DNA from: Eledone cirrhosa
Lineage: Eukaryota
Direction: 5' to 3'
DNA length: 64,000 nt
Assembly (NCBI GenBank): GCA_964016885.1
Contig: OZ024743.1
Coordinates: 353,462,001 to 353,526,000 of the forward strand
Below the pieces are notes generated by a model. That model saw nothing but the letters and a program-made list of their open reading frames with translations. It ran no database searches and was not told the origin of the DNA. Shown here one piece after another: positions 11,515-23,392 of this stretch; position 1 is the stretch's first letter; the number at the start of each line of letters is the position of its first letter. Made by a program: the position numbers and the translations under genes.

Positions 11515-11992
11515 GAGGGCTTCTTATTACAAAGTCAGCGGATGCATTGCCAGAACACTTTATTTGCTGATTTGAAGTCGGATTCCAGCTTAACCCCAAA
11601 GTCTTAACTTTGGACGCTTTTACTGTCTCTGCTGCGAGTGTTTGTGACTGCTTGTACCGCAAGTGCAAGAAGGAGGACGTATTTACAAGCCAAGCTTTGT
11701 AAACCTATTTCTTTGCTCGGATGGCATCTTTGACCAATTGATTGAACCAAGGAGTCCTCCTGTAACCCGACACCACACCAAACATCTTTTGCCCGCAGCA
11801 TTTAACAGCTGAAGCAGAAACTGCTGTGCTGAACAATCACCACTCTGTCCCAACGTCTTCAGTTTACTAAGGGAGTTCTCTGAATTTGGATACAATAACT
11901 TTGATAACTTTAATAGGTTTTGGCCACCTAGTATCTGCATACCTAGTTATGATTTCTTTATCTACCAATGCTTCCCATTTTATCCTGTAGGT
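11515..11992 (-). mobile_element. Decayed RTE-like LINE EN-RT linker fragment
   Basis: Homolog of 21913-22350, which reads WFNQEVKDAFEAK...YKQARK...WEDF. Confidence 0.6.
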
Positions 11993-12089
11993 TGCCATGG
12001 ACCTGCCAGTTTTGTGGGTTTCTTTGGTCTTATATGTATATGCATGTGTATGTGTGTATGTGTGCGTCTTGATATATATATTCTAGGGC

Positions 12090-12360
12090 GGGTAAAATTC
12101 CCGAGATCCATGAACGAGTTCTCTCCAGCGGTTTCTGTCCCTCATTATCGCTGCTATGTCCTGCGTCTCCAACAGACCAGTGTCTGTCCTTGGGCATCAA
12201 CATATGTTAACCTTGGTCTTCCTCTTCCAGTGTGTCCATGTAGGGGCTCCCACAGGAGCACTGAGTGCAATGTCAACTCTGGATGTCGGTGAGCATGTCC
12301 AGCTAACGTCAGTCTCCTGTGTGTCACTTTTGAGCTGACTTTTGGGAGGCTTCCATACAT
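12090..12360 (-). mobile_element. RTE-clade LINE 3' end
   Basis: RRLTLAGHAHRH...LLWEP...RGRPRLTYVD. Confidence 0.8.
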
Positions 12361-12454
12361 CTCTATATGGATATATCAGTATAGGTGCATGTCTATATTT
12401 ATATAAATGTATTTATTTGTATGTGTAAGTATGTATATACGTATATGTGTACAT

Positions 12455-12512
<58 letters not shown>

Positions 12513-12516
<4 letters not shown>

Positions 12517-12642
12517 CACTGGTAGTACACTGGAAGGTAATATCCGTAGTGGTAGAGCACTCAGTCCATGGGACGAGTTAGGTAGAAGTGGTTACACAAC
12601 AGTTAGTTCATCATTATGGTGAACTAACTGTTGTGTAACCAC

Positions 12643-12647
<5 letters not shown>
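12513..12647. repeat. Short element in (TA)n ending in a ~31-bp hairpin
   Basis: TAGAAGTGGTTACACAACAGTTAGTTCA...TGAACTAACTGTTGTGTAACCACTTCTA. Confidence 0.75.
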
Positions 12648-12682
<35 letters not shown>

Positions 12683-12698
12683 TAAAATAACAGATTAA

Positions 12699-12749
12699 AG
12701 TTAAAGCAAAGAATCGCTGCTTTCACTCTTAACGGGATCTTCTGAAACT
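12699..12749 (-). ncRNA. Hammerhead-like motif, variant core CAGAAGA
   Basis: AGTTT-CAGAAGA-TCCC..GAGT-GAAA-GCA..TGC-TT-TAACT in the sense pLTR. Confidence 0.5.
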
Positions 12750-15701
12750 AAAAAAAATCATCTGTGAACGCAGAAGTAAATATTTCGAAAAACGTTGCAA
12801 CTGAAGGAAAACAGGAAGGCGATACTTTGGTTCGTGAAGACGTTCCCGGGCAATGAGCGAAAAAAAACCGAAGATAATACGTCGTTATGTGGATCTATGA
12901 GAATAAATACACACAAAGACAAAACCACGTTTATGGTATAAATGGAGTCGTAGACTAATATTCTGTTCAGGAAACCGAATGATTCTCGGCTTTGGAGTTA
13001 AGAATAATGTAAATAAATCAGTAGAACGAAAATGACAGAGGTTATTAAAATCAAAAAGTAATAATAATTAAATATATACATACACACATCCATATACGTA
13101 CATATATGTGCATACGCGAAAACACCCGCCATGCATGCATATACATACACGTACATATAAACACGCGCACACGTACATAAACCCGCGCGACACATGTACC
13201 CGCACACATACGAGCGTATACACCAAATACACATAAAAAATATATATGTGTGTGTGTATATACATATAATTATATAAACGTATATAAATATACAGACATA
13301 AATACATATATAATGCACGCACAAACATACCTACAGGTAAATACACATACAAACGTACGTATGCCATAACTCAAAGTACACATATATACACCTTACAAAC
13401 GTGCAAACACGCATACACGCAAACACCCACAAACACAAAATACACATATACACATAACCATATACACATATACCAGTATATATAATATAATATAAACACC
13501 TATAACAAATACAAGCATATATACGTACGAGAAAGTATACGTACCTCCACAAAACATTCGGGTATGGTATACTTACCTATACAAATAAGTAATGGTATAA
13601 ACATAAAATATACTTAGCTACCACATGAAGACGTAAATTATCTGCGTATAGTTCGTACTATCCGTTAGGGTATAATGTGGGGCTGTAATACAGGAAAGTT
13701 TTATGCAATTTGTGTTTACAAGCCGAAATTACCTCAGATTTTTTGTTTAAGGTGTGATCATTGGCGTAGAGTATTTCCGGGGCTTCAGCGGCGCAAAGAT
13801 CACCTGGTCTTTTATTTTCGTTATACGATCTAGCTTTAGCTAGGATCTCCCAGTGTAACCTATATTGGGTGTTGTTGTCTTTTAGACTCCAGATATAAGC
13901 TGAAAGTGACGTCATATTCCTTCTTAAAGGGTTAAGAAAAGAATGGGTGTGCATGTAAAGACGCTGCTTGAATCTATTGGTGGTTAACCCTATGTAGGCC
14001 CTACTAGACGTGGGTGTCTCGACCTTACATTTGTAGACAATGTTACTGGAGAGACATTTCCCGGATAGAGGGCAGTCAACCCGATTCCTACAATTAGAGT
14101 TAGTACTAGCTAGAGGGTTGCACGTGTTCCTACGGCTAGTTAATTTAGCTAAATTTGAAGCTGTGATGTTATGTGCAAAGTTAGGAGTCGTAGAGTAAGA
14201 CATTTGAATGGTATTTCTATTAAACATTTTATTATATTTATGTGCTAAGGGGAAATGCTTCTTAATAAGGGAGAGAAACATCTTAGCTAATGGTGTGGCC
14301 ACCTCCATATTATATGGTGGGTTATACCATATAATGCGTCAGGATCTATTTTTCCTAGGTTTATGCTCATACTTAGTATATGCTACCTTATCGACAAATC
14401 CACTCCGAGCAAGAGTTTCATTGTAATATGTGGAATGGTCGGTGAAAATATGCTCATTTGTAGATAGACGGGAAAGCCTCAAAGAAGCGTTTCTTACCAG
14501 GTTCTTGGTTATGCTGGCAGGATGGTTAGAATACTTACTGATGTAATTAAGCATATCATTCGGCTTTCTATACGGGTAGTGCAAGCCATTCGATAAATTG
14601 AGGGTAACGTCGAGGTAATTAACGACCGAGAGGTTGAAGCCTTTAAAGAAGGGTGTGAGTTCTTTTATGAACCTGTCGCAAGCACGTGGGCCGCATTTAG
14701 TCATGGTCAAAAGACCATCATCACGGTACAAACTACCGCCCACGTTGGGGAATTCGTCCTTGATAGAGAAAAGAAGGAAAAGGCCGATAAGATCAGTAAC
14801 CTCCGCAGAATCGCTGGCGCCCATACTCACGTCGAATGGGGTACTATTAGATTGTTTAATCCAAATAGAGTCGTCGAAATTAATCACCGACTTACGGGCA
14901 TTGAGGATGACATCAACTTCGAAATCGTTAACCAACGTGAGCGTTTTAGCGAAATTGATAGCTCTAAGAAGAAGGGATGGAGGAGTAGTAATTATTGATG
15001 TCGAATTGGATAAAACGACAATGTTCCTTGTTGCATATGCCATTGAACCAATCAATCACCGCGAAAGAATTATTCCACAGCGCAAGAGGGGCCAAGCTTC
15101 TAATTTCAGGTATAATTCTATCTAAAATCCTTTTACTAAGTCTACCTAAATCAGACTTCGTAGGGTTGATTAGGCGAATAGAAGGGTTGTTGGCGAAATT
15201 GGGTTTGTAATCCTTCAGGGTAAAGTGGGGAGAAATTGGGTCTAGAGGTTCAGTCCGGTCCTGGATGTTGAGTTCAGAAGTGATTTTAAACGCAGCATCG
15301 TTGATGTCATTAATGACACTCCGATTGGTTATCCGATAATCCTTAGTTACAGCATTATGTAGCAGTTGATGGTAAGTACTGCGCTCCACTTGATATAGAT
15401 TGCCAGTTTTGTCGGAGTGGACGTGCACGGCATTAGAATCCTTAATAGAACGAATTCTATTCTCCAGGTCCTGTTGGAAGGAATTGCTCCTATTCCGAAA
15501 TTTGATACTTCGTATGAGTTCCAAGACATGTCTTTGCGTGCATTTATTCTCCTAGCTCCACATAACGACGTATTATCTTCGTTTTTTCCAGTTCATTGCA
15601 GGGAACGTCTTCACAAACCAAAGTATCGTCTTCCTGTTTTCCTTCGGTTGCAACGTTTTTTTTCGAAATATTTACTTCTACGTTCATAGATTGGCTTTTT
15701 T

Positions 15702-15752
15702 AGTTTCAGAAGATCCCGTTAAGAGTGAAAGCAGCGATTATTTGCTTAAACT
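15702..15752 (+). ncRNA. Hammerhead-like motif, variant core CAGAAGA (inverted pLTR)
   Basis: Stem I AGTTT/AAACT, stem III AGCA/TGCT. Confidence 0.5.
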
Positions 15753-15965
15753 TTAATCTGTTATTTTAATAAATATTTGCTCTAGGGTTCTTATATATTT
15801 GATATATATTTATCCTTATCGAGCCCTCTTTGGATTTTAGTCTTCACATTTATTATTATTACTATATTTATATATATATTTATATTGGTATGTGTATGTA
15901 TGTGCATATATATGTGTGTTTGTGTGTATATGTGTGTATGTGTTTATATATATATGCATGTGTAC

Positions 15966-16009
<44 letters not shown>

Positions 16010-16167
16010 GTGTGTGTGCGTGTGTGTATGTGTAACCGTATGTGTAAGTAGATATATCTATATAAGTGTGTATAAATATATGTATATAGATTTTATTATT
16101 CTAATTGGGTAATTATATATATATGGGATGTATAATAACCGAGTGGCTTTCTTTGTATGTAGTGTGC

Positions 16168-16248
<81 letters not shown>

Positions 16249-16362
16249 CATGTGAGTATATGTATATGTATATGTATATGTATGTATATTTAGAAAAGAG
16301 AGAGAGAGTGAGAGTGATAACATTTTATAAGTTTGTGTATGTGTGTTTACATATATATATAT

Positions 16363-17035
16363 CAGAGCTTCGATGATGCTGTACTAAATTTTGTATTATT
16401 ATCTCCTAGAATTAACGATTAATTGATTAATTTAATTAGACAATTCTAGTGATTGATTAATTGTTTATGTTTGTTTGATAACTTCTAGTTGAGTGCTTAA
16501 TTCGGTTTGTGTAAAGGAATTTTATTCCTTTGTTCCAAATTTCAATTGACCGCCAAAACCGGGGGTTACCTCCCTTCGGGAAAACCATGTGCCTTCTAAC
16601 AGTGCTTACTGCTAGCATTCATACCCGGGCGGACGAGAAAGAAAAACTTGTTGACGAAGTAAATTCCTGGTTCTATCTTCCCAAAACCATTAACTTGCAG
16701 ACCCCTGCAAGTGGATTTTGTCGACTTCGGATTTACAGAAACCTATCAGAGATATTATATATTATATGTGATGTATATTATATGGTATATATCATGTGTT
16801 GTGTATGATGTCGACGCGACGATCCAGGTTAGTCAAATTTTATCCTGAGTTCAGTTTTTTTCGTCGCTATGGTCACTGCAGCCCGCCTATCGGTCGCTGT
16901 CTTCAATTTGAAAGCTGTCTAAACGTAATGTTATAACTCTAGGGTTATATACCCTATTGAGTGTTTAGCTGTACACCGAGATTGCATTCGTTAGCTTGGC
17001 CGCAACCAGAACTTCGATGATGCTGTACTAAATTT

Positions 17036-17040
<5 letters not shown>
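16363..17040. mobile_element. Element in (TA)n bounded by ~34-bp direct repeats (solo pLTR-like)
   Basis: CAGA(G/A)CTTCGATGATGCTGTACTAAATTTTGTAT at both ends. Confidence 0.55.
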
Positions 17041-17109
<69 letters not shown>

Positions 17110-17118
17110 ATATATATA

Positions 17119-17316
17119 TGAAAAGAGTCATGATCCCGACGGCTGAGCTCCAGCCGTTTCGACAGCTAGATCCAGCTGTTTCTGATCTAGCTGTCGAAAC
17201 GGCCGGAGCTCAGTCGCCGGGATCATGACTCTTTTCATATTACCCACTCTACTACCCTAAGTATCGAGTACTCTGGTGCGTTAAGGTCCATCTGGTATCT
17301 TACAACACCTTCTCTG
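17119..17316 (+). mobile_element. Fold-back element family copy 1 (hairpin + conserved tail)
   Basis: Arms of ~54 bp, then TATTACCCACTCTACTACCCTAAGTAT; homologs at 50360, 53750 and 59174. Confidence 0.85.
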
Positions 17317-17488
17317 TATATATATATATATATATCAGTGGCGAAGGGTAACCTGGAAAGCAGGGCATGCAGTCTAATCGCCATGTGTTCGCATTGCAAA
17401 TGATCAAGTTTGCTAGGTTGAAAAATACTAATTTCAAATAATACGGTTTGCCTGTCTCGATTTAAAATAATAAATCAATAAAAATAAT

Positions 17489-17577
17489 TGTTTCTACTAT
17501 AGGCACAAGGCCAGCAATTACCCAGTACATTACTGGTACTTTATTTTATCGACCCCGGAAGGATGAAAGGCAAAGTT
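17489..17577 (-). mobile_element. Truncated tRNA-SINE
   Basis: TSD AAATCAATAAAAATAAT. Confidence 0.85.
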
Positions 17578-18000
17578 AAATCAATAAAAATAATAAACCT
17601 ATATTGGCAATGACCATGATACCCGGACAAATTTTAAATTTGTTTCACAACAATTAAGTGAAAGTTACTATTCCTGTGCTCTTCTGCGGGTATCCAGAAA
17701 TTGGTAAGTTTCACTCCAAAATACTTAAGAAGACTGAGAGAAATGTGTTGTTGAACGCACATGTGTCACAGCGCCTAGCTCGTCCCATACTCGTGCCGCT
17801 AAAAATAGGTGCCGGTTTTATGGGACTAAAATTAGTTGTACGTATGGAGCCGAGAATATTATATATAGAGTTATAAACTCAAAATAGTCTTTTACAATTA
17901 AATACCTCAAAGAAGGGAATATTTTTAAGCTGTGTAATACATATATATATATTTCTGAGCCGTGTAATACACACACACATATATATATATATACATATAT

Positions 18001-18102
<102 letters not shown>

Positions 18103-18129
18103 AAATAAAATAAATAAGTCAAATGATTA

Positions 18130-18549
18130 AAATTTGGCTTCGTTGGAGCTAGAACCGAAAAAGTGGAAATTTGAGTCTAAAAGTGGTATTTTTGAATATT
18201 TAAGCGGCTGCCATGCTGTCCCTGAACAACAAATGCAAAATATAAAGCCATTACAGGATGTGCAATGATAAATTCTAATTTGTTTTAAAATTTGAACGAA
18301 ATCGGTGAGCTAGAGTAAAAAATCTTATTTTTCGATACCTAAAAAAAGGTGACCCCCCTAGCGATTTTTATTTGCAGAATGACCCTGGAATAAAAAAAAA
18401 ACGATACGCTGATATATAGAAAACACTTCCCGATGACTAATCTATGAGCCTGTAAAGTTTCATGAAAATCGGTCGTAAGATGTAGGCCCCTATAGGTAAT
18501 ACACAGACACACAGACACACACACATACTTAATTTTATATATATACAGA
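18130..18549 (-). mobile_element. Non-autonomous Helitron 5' portion
   Basis: A|TCTGTATATAT start, (GT)n, CCGATTTTCATGAAACTT; reverse complement of 18600-18880. Confidence 0.65.
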
Positions 18550-18599
18550 TATACACATACACACACACACACACATACATACACAAACACACACGCACA

Positions 18600-19614
18600 T
18601 GTTTTCTATATATCAGCGTATCGTTTTTTTTTTTTTTTTTTTATTCCAGGGTCATTCTGCAGATAAAAATCGCTAGGGGGTCACCTTTTTTTAGGTATCG
18701 AAAAATAAGATTTTTGACTCTAGCTCCCACATTTTGCCTCCGATTTCGTTCAAATTTAAAAAAAACACTAGAATTTATCATTGCACATCCTGTATTGGCT
18801 TTATATTTTGCATTTGTTGTTCAGGGACGGCGTAGCAGCCGCTTAAATATTCAAAAATACCACTTTTTCGGTTCTAGCTCCCACATTAATCAACCTACTT
18901 TGTTCAAATTTTACACTACGCTAGATCTGATTATTTCACGTCTTAAAGTGGCTTTACATTTTGGATTTTTTGTTCAGGAACGGCGTGGCAGCCGCTTAAA
19001 TATTCGAAAATACCACCTTTTCGCTCAAATTTCCGCCTTTTCGGCACTAGCTCCCACATTTGCCATCGCGTTCACAATTGTGACATTGCCATCTGTCAAT
19101 TTCTATCCTCAGATAGAACTTTCCATTGCACATCTTCTAATTGCTTCACATTTCGTATTTGTTGGTCAGGGACGGCGTGGCAGCCACTTCAATCTTTAAT
19201 ACGACTTCTCCTAAATTCTCAGCATTTGCAGATTAACTTTTCACCATTTGCTGCAAATGATGTTTATGATTCTATAATTCGATACAATTATCCAGTTGAT
19301 GGTCAAAGGCAAAACGATGGCCACTGACGTCGTCTGAGCTTTTAGTTGTGTATTTGAGAATTCATCGGTTTCCAATCAAGTAGCGTGAGGAAATTTGGCT
19401 TAGTGTTAGAGGTCATTACCTCCCTCCCCCAGCATGCCTCTTCGTCAGTCACCCGCGTTTCTCAGTGATAGAGGTCATCACCCCCCCCCCCCCCCCCACA
19501 TGGCCTGTGTGTGGCCATAGATGAGTCATCGAGAAGCAGTCGTTAAGATCAACACGTTTTCATCAAAGCAGATATTATTTTACCTACCCAGGCAACACTG
19601 GGTACTGCTGCTAG
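18600..19614 (+). mobile_element. Non-autonomous Helitron, 3' end intact
   Basis: Hairpin CCCAG-GCAACA-CTGGG then CTAG|T; internal ~130-180-bp subrepeats. Confidence 0.75.
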
Positions 19615-19732
19615 TATATATATATATAAAGGTGGCTGAATGTGTTTGGCTTAATGTACACTCATAACTTTATTCTATAAATAATCCTTTTCACCTCTAT
19701 AAATATTTTTAGGTGATTAGTTTCTTAATAAT

Positions 19733-19913
19733 TGTTTCTACTTTTGACACAAGGCCAGCAATTATCCCAGTGTATTACTGGTACTTTATTTTATCGACCC
19801 CGTAAGGATGAAAGGCAAAGTTAACCTCGGCGGGATTTGAACTCAGTCCGTAAAGGGACGTAACTGTGCTGCAAAGCATGGCGCCCGACCCTCTACCGAT
19901 ACTGCCAATTCAC
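19733..19913 (-). mobile_element. tRNA-SINE
   Basis: B box GAGTTCAAATCCC; TSD TAGTTTCTTAATAAT. Confidence 0.9.
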
Positions 19914-19928
19914 TAGTTTCTTAATAAT

Positions 19929-20116
19929 TGTTTCTACTTTTTGGCACAAGGCCAGCAATTACCCAGTGCATTACTGGTACTTTATTTTATCGACCCCGTA
20001 AGGATGAAAGGCAAAGTTAACCTCGGCGGGATTTGAACTCAGAATGGCAAAGACCGTAACTCTATGCGTCAAAGCATGGCGTCCGACCCTCTACCGATAC
20101 TGCCAATCCATCGCCC
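19929..20116 (-). mobile_element. tRNA-SINE (second, tandem)
   Basis: Same TSD sequence, different internal sequence. Confidence 0.9.
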
Positions 20117-20489
20117 TAGTTTCTTAATAATGAGAAGTCATCCCATCCTACTGAATCATACATTATTACTTAAACTGTCATAAATTTTGTATTTTGTTTT
20201 TCTTAATATACTATATTAATGTTAGTATTAAAACTGTTGGTTACCTCAATTAATATGCATACAAATTTATAAGCTCTAATTCGATAACTATAATATTTAT
20301 TTCAGTCTAATATACGTACATTAGGTTTTAAGAGTCAAACTAATTACTACACAGTATATTTATTATTAATACATTTTAATTTGTGCATTTAGTCTTCCAT
20401 AAGGTTTAATGTTTTCCTGACTAGATTTTAAAAGTTGTTTACGTTTGCGAAATGGAGATATTTGGACATGTGGTTGGTAAATAATTAAT

Positions 20490-20591
20490 TGTTTCTACTT
20501 TTGGCACAAGGCCAGCAATTATCCAGTGTATTACTGGTACTTTATTTTATCGACCCTGTAAGGATGAAAGGCAAAGTTAACCTCGGCGGGA
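20490..20591 (-). mobile_element. Truncated tRNA-SINE
   Basis: TSD TAAATAATTAAT. Confidence 0.85.
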
Positions 20592-20972
20592 TAAATAATT
20601 AATGTTTTTCCATTTTGAGGAATTCAGTACAGATGGTATTTCCTACTGTATTTGAAAGAAATATTCGTAGATCTCTTTAATAATTTAATGTAATTAAATC
20701 CTTTATTTATATATATATATGGCTTACATGGAAAAATTCCCTGAATCGAAAGTCTTGCCTCAACTCGAGGAACGCGCGGACCGCAGGTTTAGAACCTCTG
20801 GTCTGTAGTTTAGTTACGAAATAATCTTCATTATGCTGAAAGTGTAGGAGAAAAAATGTTAGCTTAATAAAATATGTGACTGACTGCTGATTATAACAAA
20901 TATGTCAAAGAAATATATTGGCTTATACGAGTGTAGAGTATGTTAAGACTAAAATACAGGTTTTATTCGTGT

Positions 20973-21044
20973 GGCCCTGTGGCGCAACGGTAGCGCGTCT
21001 GACTCCAGATCAGAAGGCTGCGTGTTCAAATCACGTCGGGGTCA
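20973..21044 (+). tRNA. trnW: tRNA-Trp(CCA), intact
   Basis: Identical to 1820-1891; T5 downstream. Confidence 0.95.
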
Positions 21045-21339
21045 ATTTCATTCACTGTTTTTGAAAAGTTATTTGACTAAAAGCCACGACACTTTTTAAA
21101 ATGTCTGTAAAATATCTAAACCCTTTTAATACCAAACCACATAAAATCGCACGCGCTTCTTGAATACAAAACAGTTTGATTATCTCAAAATCTTTTATCA
21201 AAATTTTATTTCTAGAACCTTTGTTAAATTATGCTCCAAATATCGGCTTAATGATAAAGGTTATATTTTATTAATTAATCTGGCAAATTCCTTTTTTTGT
21301 TAATTTAAAAATTATTTGAAAATCGTCGTTAGTATATTT

Positions 21340-21910
21340 CATTTGACAAGATCATACCATCTTCAACTGGCGTCAAACAGGGTGATCGATTGGATTCCCC
21401 CCCTCTTCGCTGTCGGGTGAACAGCGTTGCACTGAGCATCACCGCTACTCTCAACATCTGGTACCTGGATTATGCGACGATAGGCGGACCCACTGAGAGC
21501 GTCTGTCAGGATCTCCAATCAGTCGTTCTCGCACAGGCAAGGATCAGCCTCGAGATCAATTCGTTCAAGTGGGAGGTCGTTAAATTCAGTTATGATTCAG
21601 AGGGCTTCGCGGCCTTCATCTCGGATCTGCAATCATCACTCCATTAGGTGCAGGTGACACCTAACTAAGAGGTCCTTATCCTCAGGTCACCGATCTTCCC
21701 ACCTGCTATTTGCTTTATCCTCAGATTTAGACTACACCCATAACGAGTAGACTGATCCTGATTGACGGTCACCCGGCATTCTTTCTCTTGAACAACTACC
21801 TCACCATGCCGAGCGCTCTTATACACCTTCCGCAGGACTCCTTGCTACAACCAAGCACCTCTCCTCACAGATCTCGACGTCTGCACCCGATGGACTGATA
21901 AGCCGGCGTG
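21340..21910 (+). mobile_element. CRE RT fragment
   Basis: SSTGVKQGD...NIWYLDYATIGG. Confidence 0.8.
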
Positions 21911-21912
21911 AA

Positions 21913-22350
21913 AGGGATTTCTTATTATGAAAACAGTGGATGCTATGTCAGAATATTTTGTTTGCCGGATTCTAGCTAACTACAAAGTCCTCCCATGTCC
22001 TAATTTTAGTTGCCTTTGTTGTCTCTATTGCGACTTTTCGCGCCTGCTTGTACTGCGAGTGTAATAATGTAGAATAATTTCCAAGCCAAGTTCTGTAAGA
22101 CTCCATCTTTGCTTCGAAGGCATCTTTAACCTCCTGATTGAACCAGAGATCTTTTTAAAACCTGGCGCCAGCCAGAGCAACTTTCGCTCGCTGTATTTAA
22201 CACCTGAAGCAGAAAATGCCGAGCTTAACAGTCTCCACTCCGTTTCAACGTTCTCAATTTGTTCAAGTTCTCTGAATTTGAATGCAATAGTACAGTATTC
22301 CTGGTCCTGACAACTTCATCAGTCAATGCATCTCACTTTATCCTGTAGGT
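21913..22350 (-). mobile_element. RTE-like fragment
   Basis: VETEWRLL...WFNQEVKDAFEAK...WEDF...NKIF. Confidence 0.65.
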
Positions 22351-22609
22351 CGAGTTTTATTATAACCTACAAAGTTTGAGTGAATGATGATTTTGTAATT
22401 TTTAAAATATTTTTCATCAAACATACACCAAACTCGCTGCTAATAGTAAAAGCTGATATCGATATCATTAGAAATCATGTGGAATTATTAAAATCTGTGT
22501 CCGTAATTGTAAAATTTATTTATGTAAATACAGTTTAATAGAAAAACAAAAAACAAAAAAAAAATTTAAATGGTATGTAAAATAGGAAAGTATAACGAAA
22601 AACCCCCCA

Positions 22610-22723
22610 AAAACGGAGGGAATGGCAAGGACGCTAGTGTCACAGAACATTTGGGAGGGTGATTGGTTTCTGGGCATAAGGTGTGGGATTAATGATTCTG
22701 CGCCCAGCAGACATAGGAAACAT
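22610..22723 (-). mobile_element. CRE-like 3' terminus abutting tRNA
   Basis: GGGCGCAG, CAATCACCCTCCC and CTTGCCATTCCCTCC blocks collinear with the array CRE 3' end. Confidence 0.6.
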
Positions 22724-22795
22724 TGACCTCGACGTGATTCGAATACGAAACCTTCTAATCTGGAGTCAGACGCGTTACCGCTGCGCCACAGGGCC
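22724..22795 (-). pseudogene. trnW: tRNA-Trp pseudogene
   Basis: rc GGCCCTGTGGCGCAGCGGTAACGCGTCTGACTCCAGATTAGAAGGTTTCGTATTCGAATCACGTCGAGGTCA; G53A. Confidence 0.8.
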
Positions 22796-23172
22796 TCTCG
22801 TAAAAAAAAGAACTGTGTTTTAGTCTAAATATATTCTACACTTATAAGCCAATATATTTCTTTGACATATTTGTTATGATCAGCAATCAGTCATATTTTA
22901 TCAAGCAAACATTTTTCTCCTCCACATTCAGTATAATAAAGACTATTTCGTAACTAAACTATAGCACCGAAGTTCTGTGGTTCGTGTTATACAGATGTCT
23001 GCAAAGTTACCGTAAAAAGATTTAACTTCTTTGTTAAAAACATTATGTACATATGCTATTAGGTATATATACTTCTCTAAGTAGGGATTTTTCTTTGTTA
23101 TTTTCGTCGTATAACAATCTGAGAGGGAAAAAATAACTGTAGTAGTGACTAATAGTAAAATAAAGTTTTATT

Positions 23173-23244
23173 TGACCCTGACTTGATTCGAACATGTAGC
23201 CTTTGGATCTGGAGGCAGACTCGCTAGCCTTATCGCCATACCTA
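23173..23244 (-). pseudogene. Heavily degenerate tRNA-Trp
   Basis: rc ...TGGCGATAAGGCTAGCGAGTCTGCCTCCAGATCC...GTTCGAATCAAGTCAGGGTCA. Confidence 0.65.
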
Positions 23245-23320
23245 CAATGCAACCTCTTCAATGTTGTCTACAATTATAATTAAGAATAGTTTACAGCAGG
23301 GGTCTCAGAGAGAGACAGCT

Positions 23321-23392
<72 letters not shown>

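Larger units (their letters stand above)
12676..15776 (-). mobile_element. Penelope-like element (Naiad-like), decayed, with inverted pLTRs
   Basis: ORF pieces 14964-15524, 14339-15055, 13658-14308: DKT, YRDDGL, NCRxxxxCPL, IVYK...YIGLT; 12676-12920 is the reverse complement of 15530-15776. Confidence 0.9.

Noticed and set aside
14339-14341. In-frame TGA in the Naiad-like ORF as selenocysteine
   Set aside because: Falls in a basic stretch (likely CGA>TGA), not at a Cys motif; the element has other lesions; no SECIS identified
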